From an uncultured Actinomycetes bacterium (lineage in GTDB: Bacteria; Actinomycetota; Thermoleophilia; Gaiellales; Gaiellaceae), in assembly GCA_963718355.1 (NCBI GenBank), contig CAVQZA010000005.1, positions 122,110 to 186,109 on the forward strand: 64,000 nt of DNA. The letters are read 5' to 3'. A program made the position numbers and the translations under genes. Below, in pieces: positions 19,276-28,133 of this stretch. Below the pieces are notes generated by a model. That model was given only the letters and a program-made list of their open reading frames with translations, was not told the DNA's origin and made no database searches. How positions within the stretch are numbered: position 1 is the first letter of the stretch; each line of letters opens with the position of its first letter.

Positions 19276-20360
19276 GTCTGCTCGACCTCCGCCCCGCCGA
19301 GGAATGCCGCTACGACCTCGTCTCGCTCGGCGAGGTGATGCTCCGCCTCGACCCGGGCGACGGACGCGTCGCGACCACGCGCACCTTCGCAGCGTCCGAG
19401 GGCGGCGGCGAGTACAACGTCGCGCGCGGTCTGAAGCGCTGCTTCGGCCTGCGCACCGGCGTCGTCACGGCACTCGCCGACAACGCGATAGGCCGGCTGA
19501 TCGAGGACCTGATCTACCAGGGCGGCGTCGAGCAGACGCACCTCGACTGGCGCCCGTACGACGGGATCGGCCGCGAGGTGCGGAACGGGCTCAACTTCAC
19601 CGAGCGCGGCTTCGGCGTCCGCGGCGCAGTCGGCTGCTCGGATCGCGCCAACTCGGCCGCGTCGCAGATGGCCCCGGGCGATGTCGACTGGGAGCGGATC
19701 TTCGGCGCGGAGGGCGTGCGCTGGTTCCACTGCGGCGGCGTCTTCGCTGCGCTCTCGTCCACGACCGCGGAACTGGCACTCGAGGCGATGACCGCGGCGC
19801 GCGCGCACGGAACCGTCGTCTCGTACGACCTCAACTACCGCCCTTCGCTGTGGAAGCCGGAAGCGGCGGCACAGGTCAACAAGAGACTCGTCGATCACGT
19901 GCAGGTCCTGTTCGGCAACGAGGAGGACTTCGCTGTCGGCCTCGGCTACGCGCTCGACGGCGCCGACGAGCACCTGCTCGAGCTCGAGACCGCGACGTAC
20001 GAGCGGCTGCTCGCCGAGGTGATGGCCGACAACCCGCAGCTCGCGCTCACGGCGACGACGCTCCGCCAGGCGCGCAGCGCGTCCGTCAACGACTGGAGCG
20101 GGGTCTGCCGGACGCAGACGGCCTTCCACGTCGGCCCGTCGTTGCCCGGGCTGGAGATCTTCGACCGCGTCGGCGGCGGCGACTCGTTCGCCTCAGGCCT
20201 GATCTACGGCCTGCTGAGCGGCTTTGACGTCGACAAGGCGCTTGCCTACGGCATCGCCCACGGCGCACTTGCGATGACCACTCCGGGCGACACCTCGATG
20301 GCGACCCTAGCCGAGGTGGAACGTGTCGTCGCGGGCGGCTCGGCCCGCGTGATCCGCTGA
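19272..20360 (+). CDS. kdgK: PfkB family sugar kinase (2-dehydro-3-deoxygluconokinase-like)
   Basis: GGGEYNVARGL and a C-terminal DRVGGGDSFASGLIYG (PfkB signature 2). GTGA overlap with eda. Confidence 0.8.
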   Translation: MSLLDLRPAEECRYDLVSLGEVMLRLDPGDGRVATTRTFAASEGGGEYNVARGLKRCFGLRTGVVTALADNAIGRLIEDLIYQGGVEQTHLDWRPYDGIGREVRNGLNFTERGFGVRGAVGCSDRANSAASQMAPGDVDWERIFGAEGVRWFHCGGVFAALSSTTAELALEAMTAARAHGTVVSYDLNYRPSLWKPEAAAQVNKRLVDHVQVLFGNEEDFAVGLGYALDGADEHLLELETATYERLLAEVMADNPQLALTATTLRQARSASVNDWSGVCRTQTAFHVGPSLPGLEIFDRVGGGDSFASGLIYGLLSGFDVDKALAYGIAHGALAMTTPGDTSMATLAEVERVVAGGSARVIR

Positions 20361-20385
20361 CTCAGCGGCCGGCGACGACCTGGCC

Positions 20386-20715
20386 CTAGGCGCTGGCCGC
20401 GGCGAGCGCGGTGCGCAGCGAGGCGAGGCTGAACGGCTTCATCACGTAGGCGGCCGGGTCGAGCTCGAGCCACGAGGGCTCGGGCGGCTCGATGCTCACG
20501 CAGACGAACCGAAGGTCGGGCCGCTCGCCGCGCAGCGCCTGCGCGTGGCGCAGGCACTCCGTCTCGGCCGGCTCGAACAGGAGCACCGACGCGTCGGACG
20601 GCATCGCGCCTTGGACTTCGTGGACGGCGAGCGGCTGGTAGCCGAGCCTCGTGGCCATCTGGACGAGCAGCGCCCGGACATCGTGATGCGGCTCGTTGAT
20701 CAGGATCTTCGACAT
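20386..20715 (-). CDS. Stand-alone atypical receiver (pseudo-receiver) domain protein, 109 aa
   Basis: REC-like layout ILINEPHH...VLLFEP...VCVS...VMKPF. The acidic pair is replaced by N-E and the phospho-acceptor Asp by Glu. Confidence 0.6.
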   Translation of the reverse strand: MSKILINEPHHDVRALLVQMATRLGYQPLAVHEVQGAMPSDASVLLFEPAETECLRHAQALRGERPDLRFVCVSIEPPEPSWLELDPAAYVMKPFSLASLRTALAAASA

Positions 20716-20777
20716 CAGATACCCGAGTATCGGCCGCGCGAGTAGGGAAATCGCCCGGGTGATGGTATGAAGACGGT

Positions 20778-21467
20778 ATGAGCGTCGCCACGATCCTCGT
20801 GGTGGACGACGACGCAGACACCCGGGGGCTGGTACGACGCCTGCTGGAGCGCGCCGGCTATGTCGTGCGCGAGGCAGAGGATGGGCTTGCCGGGCTTCGC
20901 GAGCTGTTCGCCGCGCCGCCGGATCTCGTCCTCCTCGACGTGATGATGCCCGGGCTCGACGGCTGGACGACACTGGAGCGGATCCGCGAGGTCAGCGACG
21001 TACCCGTGGTGATGCTGACCGCGCGCGACACCGAGCTCGAGCGGGTCCACGGCCTCTCGCACGGCGCGGACGACTACATCTCGAAGCCGTTCGGCCGACA
21101 GGAGCTCGTCGCGCGGGTCCAGGCACTCCTGCGCCGCGCCTCGGCCGGCGGGATCGAGACGGCCGACGCGTACGCTGACTCGTACCTGGAGATCGACTTC
21201 AAGCAGCGCGTGGCCAGGGTCGCCGGAGCCGACGTCGCGCTGACCCCGCTCGAGTTCAAGCTGCTCGCCGTCTTCGTCCGGCACCCGAATCAGGTGCTCT
21301 CGCACGACCAGCTGCTGGAGCTCGTCTGGGGCGACAGCTTCGGAGTCGCGCGCGACCAGGTCAAGCTCTACGTCGGCTACCTGCGGCGAAAGCTCGACCC
21401 CGACGATCCGGGCTCGGTGCCGATCGAGACGATGCGGGGGTTCGGCTACCGCTACCGGCGAACCTAG
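20778..21467 (+). CDS. OmpR/PhoB family response regulator
   Basis: ILVVDDD, LVLLDVMMPGLDG, MLTA, DDYISKPF and a winged-helix C-terminus LTPLEFKLLAVF...RGFGYRY. Confidence 0.9.
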   Translation: MSVATILVVDDDADTRGLVRRLLERAGYVVREAEDGLAGLRELFAAPPDLVLLDVMMPGLDGWTTLERIREVSDVPVVMLTARDTELERVHGLSHGADDYISKPFGRQELVARVQALLRRASAGGIETADAYADSYLEIDFKQRVARVAGADVALTPLEFKLLAVFVRHPNQVLSHDQLLELVWGDSFGVARDQVKLYVGYLRRKLDPDDPGSVPIETMRGFGYRYRRT

Positions 21468-23197
21468 CTCGGGCCGGTGAGTGGCAGGTCGACCTGGAAG
21501 GTCGTGCCGCCGTCGATCGTGCTCTCGACCTCGATCGAGCCACCGTGGGCCTCCGCGATCGCCTTCGCGATGTAGAGGCCGAGCCCGGTGCCGGGCGCCT
21601 GCCGGCTGACTGCGCTCGAGGCGCGGAAGAAGCGCTCGAACAGCCGGCCGAGCTCCTCCTCCGGGATTCCGATCCCCGAGTCGGTGACGCGGAGCCGCGC
21701 AAGTCCGTTTCGCCGGTCGAGCCGCGCCTCGACGCTGCCGCCGCTCGGAGTGAACTTGACGGCGTTCGAGACGAGGTTGTCGAGCAGCTGCGCGAGCCGG
21801 TCGGCGTCGCCGACGACCACCATCGGCCCGTGGATCTCGCTGCTGAGCGCGACGCCGCGATCGGAGGCGCGGGGCCGCGCCGAGTCGATCGCGTGGACGA
21901 TCACATCCGCGAGGTCGACCTCGTCGAGGTGCATGTCGAGGCGCCCCGCCTCGAGCCTCGCGACGAAGAGCAGGTCGTTGACGAGGGTGAGGAGCCTGCG
22001 TGCGTTGCGGCCGACGATCGCAAGGAACTCGCTCTGCTCGTCGTTGAGCGGGCCTGTCTCCGGATCGTCGAGGAGCTCGAGGTACCCCGTGATCGACGTC
22101 AACGGCGTACGGAGCTCGTGCGAGACGAGCCCCACGAACTCGTCCTTGAGGCCGTCGAGCTCCTGCAGCCTCGCGTTCTGCTCGGCGAGCTGCCGCTGGG
22201 CCGTCTCGGCGAAGTAGCGCGCCTCACGCTCGTCCTCGGCCAGGCCGTCCATCGCGCGGACGAGCACGATGATCCGGGTGAGCACGAGAAGCGAAGCAAT
22301 GGCGCCGCCGATCGCAATCACGTACTCGCCGAGGTCCGCGCCCCGCGTCGCCTGGACCACGAGGATCACGGGCGCGGCCAGCAGCCCGACACCCAGCATC
22401 ACGATCCGCGGCCAGCCGAGGCGGGGCTCGACGGCTCGCTCGCCGAGAGTCAGCGGCTTCATCGACGGCGACAGCGCGGCGACGCCCCAGGCCACGTAGG
22501 ACAGCAGCCAGAGCGAGTCGAGCCACGACCCGGCTGCGTAGCCCGACGGATCGACGGCATACACCTCGTCGCCGGCCATCATCAGCACGATCGCCGCGAC
22601 GAGCAGGAGATACGACTGGTTGCGCCAGGCAGGAGTGATCATCGACCGCGCGAGCGGTACGAAGAGGAGCAGGTCCATGGCCGGATACGCCAGCAGGACG
22701 GCCAGGCTGTAGTTGTCGTAGCCCTGTGAGGTCAGCGGCGCCATCACGAACACCCACTGCGCCGTCGCGAACGCAGTGGCCAGGATCGTGGCGTCGAGCG
22801 CGGCGAGCCGGCTCTGGACGGGCCCGAGACGCTGGGCGAGCTCCCACATGCCGACGAAGAGGAACGGATAGCCGGCGAGGTAGAGCACGTCGCTCGCCGA
22901 GATCGTCGGCTCGGCTCCACCGGAGACGCTGTAGTAGGCGCTGAACGCGTCGCCGGCTGCGAAGAGGAGCAGCGCGGCGGACAGGAAGTACCACGGCAGC
23001 CGCCGACCCGTCCGGAGGTGCGCCCGCGCCCCGATCGCCACCGCTGCGGCGGCGGAGAGCGCGACCGCCACATAGAGCACCGACTGCGCCTTGCCGCCCT
23101 GCGGGAGCAGGAAGTAGAGCCCGATCGCCACGACTCCGCCGGCCAGGTAGAGCACGGCCGGAAGTTGACGCCTCTCGGCGGGAGTCATGGTTCGCAC
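21464..23197 (-). CDS. Sensor histidine kinase with a polytopic membrane N-terminal sensor domain
   Basis: H-box LVSHELRTPLTSITGY, N-box and G-boxes DSGIGIP...GTGLGLYIAKAI, and about 290 aa of N-terminal TM helices. Alternative start at 23188. Confidence 0.9.
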   Translation of the reverse strand: MRTMTPAERRQLPAVLYLAGGVVAIGLYFLLPQGGKAQSVLYVAVALSAAAAVAIGARAHLRTGRRLPWYFLSAALLLFAAGDAFSAYYSVSGGAEPTISASDVLYLAGYPFLFVGMWELAQRLGPVQSRLAALDATILATAFATAQWVFVMAPLTSQGYDNYSLAVLLAYPAMDLLLFVPLARSMITPAWRNQSYLLLVAAIVLMMAGDEVYAVDPSGYAAGSWLDSLWLLSYVAWGVAALSPSMKPLTLGERAVEPRLGWPRIVMLGVGLLAAPVILVVQATRGADLGEYVIAIGGAIASLLVLTRIIVLVRAMDGLAEDEREARYFAETAQRQLAEQNARLQELDGLKDEFVGLVSHELRTPLTSITGYLELLDDPETGPLNDEQSEFLAIVGRNARRLLTLVNDLLFVARLEAGRLDMHLDEVDLADVIVHAIDSARPRASDRGVALSSEIHGPMVVVGDADRLAQLLDNLVSNAVKFTPSGGSVEARLDRRNGLARLRVTDSGIGIPEEELGRLFERFFRASSAVSRQAPGTGLGLYIAKAIAEAHGGSIEVESTIDGGTTFQVDLPLTGPS

Positions 23198-23225
23198 CGC
23201 TCGCCCAAGGATAGGACGGCGGGTC

Positions 23226-24608
23226 TTACTTCGTGGTCGTTCCGCTCAATGTCGCGGTGCCGCTCGTGTTGCCGGCCGGATCGGTGGCGCTGACCGAGAA
23301 CGAGACTGCCTTGTTCTTCTGGCTGCTGACCGTGATCGAGAACGAGCCGCCGGAGCAGGCGCCCGTGAAGGTTCCCGCCCCAGACGGAGCAGTCTGGACG
23401 ACCTTGACGGTCGAGCCCGATTCGCAGGACCCGCTGACGGTGTCGCCGGACGGGCTCGTGCGATCGGTGAACGAAAGGCTGCCGGGGGTGGTCGGGGCGA
23501 CCGTGTCCTTGGTTGCGGTGATCGAGCGCTGGTTCGAGACGTTGCCGGCGAGGTCTGTGGACGTCGCGGTCACGGTCACGTTTCCGTCGGAGAGGCTCGA
23601 GGCGTTGAGGCCCGACACCGACACCGTCCCGGCGCCGGCGCTTGCCGCGGTCGTCCCGGTGACCGTGTGGGTGCCGTCGCTCAGCGTCACCGTGACGGTG
23701 TCGCTCGCGAGCGAGCCCGAGGGCAGGGTGACGTTGACCGAGACGGCCGACGCCGTGATGTACGTGCTCGTCGAGACGGCGCTCGGCTGGGCCGGCGGCG
23801 TCGCGTCGGCCGTCTGCACCGCGGCCGGGCTGTCGAGGCTCGTCAGAGGCGTCGTGTCGGTCGAGACGGCGTTCACCTTGTAGGTGTACGTCGTCCCGTC
23901 CGTCGTCGTCGTGTCCGAATACGTCAGGACGGTGAGCGGGGTGGAGTTGAGCTTGGCGTAGGAGCCCGCGCCCGACTTGCGGTAGACGTCGTAGCCCTTG
24001 AGGTTGGTGACGGTCGTCGACGCGCCCCAGGCGAGGTCGATACGGCCAGCCGGGCGCTGGGTCGCGGTCAGCGAGGGCGGCGCCTCGGGCGCCTCGTCGA
24101 GCGTCAGCGAGTAGGTGCGGTACATCCAGCTCAGCGTCGACAGGCCCAACTTGATCGAGCCGACCCCGTGGCCGGCGATCGTGTTGGAGGTCGTCACGGT
24201 GACGGTGGTCGAGGCGCCGGCTGCGAGTGTGGCGGTCGTCGTGCCCGTGCTCGCGAAGACGGCGGAGACGACCTGGGCCGGGCCGTTCAGCGTCAGCACC
24301 GCCGTGCGGCTCGCGGTCGACACGTTCTTGACCGTGTAGACGCTCGTGTAGATGCGCGCGGAGGGCACGAGGCCGAACGCAAGCGCGAGGTTGTTGACGG
24401 AGCCGGTCGCGACCGGGGTCGAGGTGTTCGCCACGACCGCGGTGCCGGGGGTCACCTGAAAGTAGTTGCCGAGCGTGTCGACGGTGACCGTGTTCCCGGT
24501 CACCGCCGTCTGCGCGGTGAACGCGGCGCTCGTCAGACGCGCCGTGAGGCCGGCGGCGATCGCCGCCACCGAGGCGGCGAGGAGGATGATCGCGAGGAGG
24601 CGCCTCAT
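23226..24608 (-). CDS. Secreted protein with a SipW-type signal peptide, a TasA/camelysin-like N-domain, an FN3 domain and Ig-like repeats
   Basis: MRRLLAIILLAASVAAIAAGLTARLTSAAFTAQT signal, FN3-like LAWGASTTVTNLKGYDVYRK...YTYKVNAV, and Ig-like TVTATSTDLAGNVS and SVSATDPAGNTS. True start is ATG 24608, 1 nt after the sipW stop. Confidence 0.7.
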   Translation of the reverse strand: MRRLLAIILLAASVAAIAAGLTARLTSAAFTAQTAVTGNTVTVDTLGNYFQVTPGTAVVANTSTPVATGSVNNLALAFGLVPSARIYTSVYTVKNVSTASRTAVLTLNGPAQVVSAVFASTGTTTATLAAGASTTVTVTTSNTIAGHGVGSIKLGLSTLSWMYRTYSLTLDEAPEAPPSLTATQRPAGRIDLAWGASTTVTNLKGYDVYRKSGAGSYAKLNSTPLTVLTYSDTTTTDGTTYTYKVNAVSTDTTPLTSLDSPAAVQTADATPPAQPSAVSTSTYITASAVSVNVTLPSGSLASDTVTVTLSDGTHTVTGTTAASAGAGTVSVSGLNASSLSDGNVTVTATSTDLAGNVSNQRSITATKDTVAPTTPGSLSFTDRTSPSGDTVSGSCESGSTVKVVQTAPSGAGTFTGACSGGSFSITVSSQKNKAVSFSVSATDPAGNTSGTATLSGTTTK

Positions 24609-24609
24609 C

Positions 24610-25137
24610 TCAGCTCGTCGCTCCGGACGCGCTGGGCTTCGGCTCGCGCCAGATCGACAGGAGCAGCACGGCGAGCATGGTCGCGACCGAGAAGAGGATG
24701 AGCACCATCCGCACCTCGCGCGTTCCCGCATAGACGAGCGCGTAGCCCGCGTAGGGCACGTCGAACGAGAGCCGGCCGACCTGGTTCGGAAGCGCGATCG
24801 TCCAGGGGTCGCGCGACGGGTTGGCGTCGCCCTTCGTCCAGTAGGCCCGCGTGCCGTCCTGCTTCACCGCGATCCGGATGACCCGGTGTGTGACGCGGCG
24901 GTTGTGGACGAACGGGTCGTTGAAAGTGATCACATCGCCGACACGGACGGAGCTCGCCGCGACAGGCTTGACGACCGCGAGGGAGCCGACACCGAGCGTC
25001 GGCACCATCGAGCCGGAGTAGACCGCCACCGGCCGGTAGCCGGCGCCGATCAGTCCCCCGTAGGCGAGGACGAGGAGGACGGCCAGCCCAGCGATCAGGC
25101 CGGCCGTCCAACCCGCGATTCGGCTTAGATGCCGCAT
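24610..25137 (-). CDS. Signal peptidase I, ER/archaeal (SipW) type
   Basis: N-terminal TM, catalytic box VYSGSMVPTL, THRV, KGDANPSRDP, and the C-terminal TM typical of SipW-type S26 peptidases. Confidence 0.8.
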   Translation of the reverse strand: MRHLSRIAGWTAGLIAGLAVLLVLAYGGLIGAGYRPVAVYSGSMVPTLGVGSLAVVKPVAASSVRVGDVITFNDPFVHNRRVTHRVIRIAVKQDGTRAYWTKGDANPSRDPWTIALPNQVGRLSFDVPYAGYALVYAGTREVRMVLILFSVATMLAVLLLSIWREPKPSASGATS

Positions 25138-25156
25138 TCGCTCAGTCCCCTGTCCC

Positions 25157-25687
25157 TTACGCCTGCGTCGCGGACCAGTTGAAGGTCGCGGTCGAGGTCA
25201 GGCCCTGGAAGACGTTGTCGCCGGGGTCCGTACCGGTGGTGGGCAGGTCGATGTGGAAGTAGTACACATGCGATCCCGAAGTCGCCGGGAAGGTGCCGAG
25301 GGCGAGGGAGCTCAGCCCGGCAAGAGTGCCGTCGTAGATCTTCGAGCCCACCAGGTTGTCGGTGTCCTTGTAGATCACGAGGTGGAGCTGGCCGGCGAGC
25401 GGTGCGCTGCCGGTGGTGGAGCTCGTGAGCGTGTAGATCGCGGCGAGCGAGCCGGTGTTGGTGATCGTCACCGAGCCGGTCGCGGTGTCGCTGATCTTCA
25501 TGTTCGCGGCTGTGAAGATGGCCCCCGAGCCGGACCGGCTCATGGTGAGCGTGCCGCTCGTGAAGGCGTTGCTGGAGATCGACGTGGGCGTCGCCGTGAA
25601 GTTGGCGTACGTGCCGCCGATCGCCGCGACGGATGCGACGCCGATGGCGCCGACCGTTGCGATGAGCTTCCAGGTCTTGCTCTTCAT
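25157..25687 (-). CDS. TasA / camelysin-like secreted protein with a SipW-type signal peptide
   Basis: MKSKTWKLIATVGAIGVASVAAIGGTYANFTA signal, NAFTSGTLTM, and a beta-rich Thr/Ser-rich body. RBS GAAAGGA lies 8 nt upstream. Confidence 0.7.
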   Translation of the reverse strand: MKSKTWKLIATVGAIGVASVAAIGGTYANFTATPTSISSNAFTSGTLTMSRSGSGAIFTAANMKISDTATGSVTITNTGSLAAIYTLTSSTTGSAPLAGQLHLVIYKDTDNLVGSKIYDGTLAGLSSLALGTFPATSGSHVYYFHIDLPTTGTDPGDNVFQGLTSTATFNWSATQA

Positions 25688-25869
25688 CCGTATGTCCTTT
25701 CAATTGGTTTCTGCGCTTGCGGACACACCCTCGGCGACGCCGGAAGGGGAAGAGGGGTCGGTTCGGGATGAATCCCGTATGACCCGAGGACAGCCGGGGT
25801 CGCCGTCGCTCCGGAAATCGCCCGGAGCAGTGGTACGATCGTCGGGCTCGGTGCCCAAGTCCTCGGCGT

Positions 25870-25945
25870 CGTGAATCACCAGCGGATCTCAGAGCCCCGG
25901 TCTCGCGGAGAGTCTTCTTCCAGCCCAGGAGGGGCGTGATTCACG
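25870..25945. repeat. Perfect 10-bp inverted repeat CGTGAATCAC / GTGATTCACG flanking 56 nt in the tasA-like / MMPL divergent region
   Basis: Read directly at 25870-25879 and 25936-25945. The loop contains AGGAGG. Confidence 0.6.
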
Positions 25946-25961
25946 TGAGCGCGAGGAATCG

Positions 25962-28133
25962 TTGGCAGAAGGGTCGGTGCTCGTGACCGAGCGACTCGCT
26001 CGTTTCTGCTCCGCGCACCCGCGTCGCGTTCTGGCCGGGTGGGGTGTCGCGATCCTTGCGGCGATCGTCCTCGCCGCGACCTCGCTGCACGGGCTCAGCT
26101 CCGACGCGACCGTGACCGGGAACCCGGAGTCGGCGCGCGCCGCCGCCGCGATCGCAGCGGCGTTTCCGCCGTCGGCGGCCGAGCTGCGGCGCCAGTCGAG
26201 CGACATCGTGGTCGTGTCCTCTGCGCAGTACGCGGCGGGGAGCCCGCAGTTTCAGGCCTTTGTGACGAGGCTCAGCGGCGACCTCCACGCGACCGGGAAG
26301 GTGCAGAACATCGTCACGCCTCCCGTCGTCTCGAAGGACGGCCACGCTGTGCTGCTTCCGATCCTCGTGGGCAGCGACGCCGCGATCAAGCCGGTGGTCG
26401 CGCTGGTGCAGAAGGATGGCCTGACGCCGGGCTTCGAGGTCGCGATCACCGGCGCCCACTCCTCCGCAAACGACTTCAACCTCATCTCGCAGAGCGACCT
26501 GAAGAGCGGCGAGCTCGAGTTCGGGCTCCCGGCGGCCCTCCTGATCCTCGTGCTCGTCTTCGGAGCGGTCGTCGCCGGGCTGATCCCGGTGCTGATGGCG
26601 CTCGTGTCGATCATCGTCGGGATCGGGCTCGTCACGCTGCTCTCGCTCGAGTTCAGCCTCTCGGTCTTCATCGTGAACATGCTGACGGGGATGGGGCTGG
26701 CGCTCGGGATCGACTACTCGCTGTTCGTGATCTCCCGGTATCGCGAGGAGCGCGCGGGCGGCGCCGCCGAGGAGCAGGCGATTGCGCGCTCAGGGGCGAC
26801 GGCGAGCCGCGCCGTGCTTTTCAGCGGCAGCATCTTCGTGGTCGCGCTGCTCGGACTGCTGATCGTGCCGACGACGATCCTGCGCAGCCTGGCCGCTGGC
26901 GCGATCGTTGTCGGCGTCGTCTCGGTGGCGGCCGCGCTGACGCTCCTGCCTGCACTGCTCGGACTCTTCGGCGACGGGATCAACCGACTGCGGGTGCCGC
27001 TGTTCGGCGGCGGCGGCGGTGGCGGGGAATCGCGCTTCTGGCGCTGGATCGTCCATACGGTCCTCCGCCGCCCGGCCCTCAGTCTCGTCCTCAGCGCCGG
27101 GGCGATGCTAGCGCTCGCAGTGCCGCTGCTCGGGTTGCACATCGGCTCGAGCGGTATCGCCTCGCTCCCGGACAGCTCGCCTTCGAAGCACGGCTTCCTC
27201 GTCCTCGAGCGCGAGTTCCCGGCCCAGAGCCCGTACCCGACGCAGATCGTCGTGCAGAACGGCAACGCGTCGGTGGGCGCGGCCGTCGCGGCTCTGGAGC
27301 GGACTCTCGCGGGCGATTCCCGCTTTGGAGCCGGCCAGATCCAGGCAGCTCCTGCGCGCCACGTGATCGTCCTCACGGTCCCGGTGCGGGGCGACCCGGT
27401 GCGCGGCACGGCGATCGACGCCGTGCGCGACCTCCGCGCGAACCTCGCGCCGGCCGCGCTCGCGGGCACCGGCGCTCAGATCCTCATCGGGGGCAAGACC
27501 GCGGAGAACGCCGAGTACTTCGACGCGGTGACAAACCCGACGCCGTACGTGCTCGCCTTCGTGCTCGGCCTCAGCCTGATCTTGCTGATGATCGCATTCC
27601 GCTCGCTCGTGATCGCGGTCGTCTCGATCCTGCTCAACCTCCTCTCGGTGGGAGCGGCCTACGGGCTGCTCACCCTCGTGTTCATCCACGGCTACGGCGC
27701 GAGCTTCTTCGGCTTCGAGCACGCGGCAGCGATCGACGCCTGGGTGCCGCTCTTCCTGTTCGCGGTGCTCTTCGGCCTCTCGATGGACTACCAGGTGTTC
27801 CTGACCAGCCGGATCAAGGAGCGCTACGACCGGGGCGGCACCACGCGCGAGGCCGTCGAGACCGGCGTCGCCTCGACCGCGCGCATCATCACGGGCGCCG
27901 CGCTGATCATCATCGTCGTCTTCACCGGCTTCGCGCGCGGGCAGCTCGTCCAGTTCCAGGAGATGGGCTTCGGCGTCGCGGTCGCGCTCCTGCTCGACGC
28001 GACCATCATCCGCTGCGTCGTGCTGCCGAGCACACTCGTTTTGCTGGGACGGTGGACGTGGTACCTGCCGAGCTGGCTCCAGTGGCTGCCCCACATCGAG
28101 GTCGAGGGCAAGACGCCGCCGGCTACGTCGTAG
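25962..28133 (+). CDS. MMPL family (RND superfamily) membrane transporter
   Basis: Two 6-TM bundles with GIDYSLFVISRYREE and GLSMDYQVFLTSRIKE motifs. Start uncertain: TTG 25962 or GTG 25983. Confidence 0.85.
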   Translation: MAEGSVLVTERLARFCSAHPRRVLAGWGVAILAAIVLAATSLHGLSSDATVTGNPESARAAAAIAAAFPPSAAELRRQSSDIVVVSSAQYAAGSPQFQAFVTRLSGDLHATGKVQNIVTPPVVSKDGHAVLLPILVGSDAAIKPVVALVQKDGLTPGFEVAITGAHSSANDFNLISQSDLKSGELEFGLPAALLILVLVFGAVVAGLIPVLMALVSIIVGIGLVTLLSLEFSLSVFIVNMLTGMGLALGIDYSLFVISRYREERAGGAAEEQAIARSGATASRAVLFSGSIFVVALLGLLIVPTTILRSLAAGAIVVGVVSVAAALTLLPALLGLFGDGINRLRVPLFGGGGGGGESRFWRWIVHTVLRRPALSLVLSAGAMLALAVPLLGLHIGSSGIASLPDSSPSKHGFLVLEREFPAQSPYPTQIVVQNGNASVGAAVAALERTLAGDSRFGAGQIQAAPARHVIVLTVPVRGDPVRGTAIDAVRDLRANLAPAALAGTGAQILIGGKTAENAEYFDAVTNPTPYVLAFVLGLSLILLMIAFRSLVIAVVSILLNLLSVGAAYGLLTLVFIHGYGASFFGFEHAAAIDAWVPLFLFAVLFGLSMDYQVFLTSRIKERYDRGGTTREAVETGVASTARIITGAALIIIVVFTGFARGQLVQFQEMGFGVAVALLLDATIIRCVVLPSTLVLLGRWTWYLPSWLQWLPHIEVEGKTPPATS

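Noticed and set aside
25758-25780. GGTTCGGGATGAATCCCG, reminiscent of a tRNA T-arm (GGTTCGAATCC)
   Set aside because: No acceptor stem, anticodon arm or D-arm can be built around it. I read it as a DNA palindrome in a promoter region. No tRNA was found anywhere in the window by eye.
25936-25986. Possible 16-codon upstream ORF (GTG 25936 or 25945 to TGA 25984-25986) forming a GTGA junction with an in-frame GTG of the MMPL gene
   Set aside because: Spacing from the AGGAGG motif is poor (3 or 12 nt). The MMPL gene has its own plausible start at TTG 25962 with GAGGA 4 nt upstream. With no evidence of conservation, this remains speculative.
27001-27020. GGC/GGT repeat (ggcggcggcggtggcgg) as a possible contingency locus
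   Set aside because: It encodes a Gly run in a loop of the MMPL protein. It is short and imperfect, and there is no evidence of length variation.
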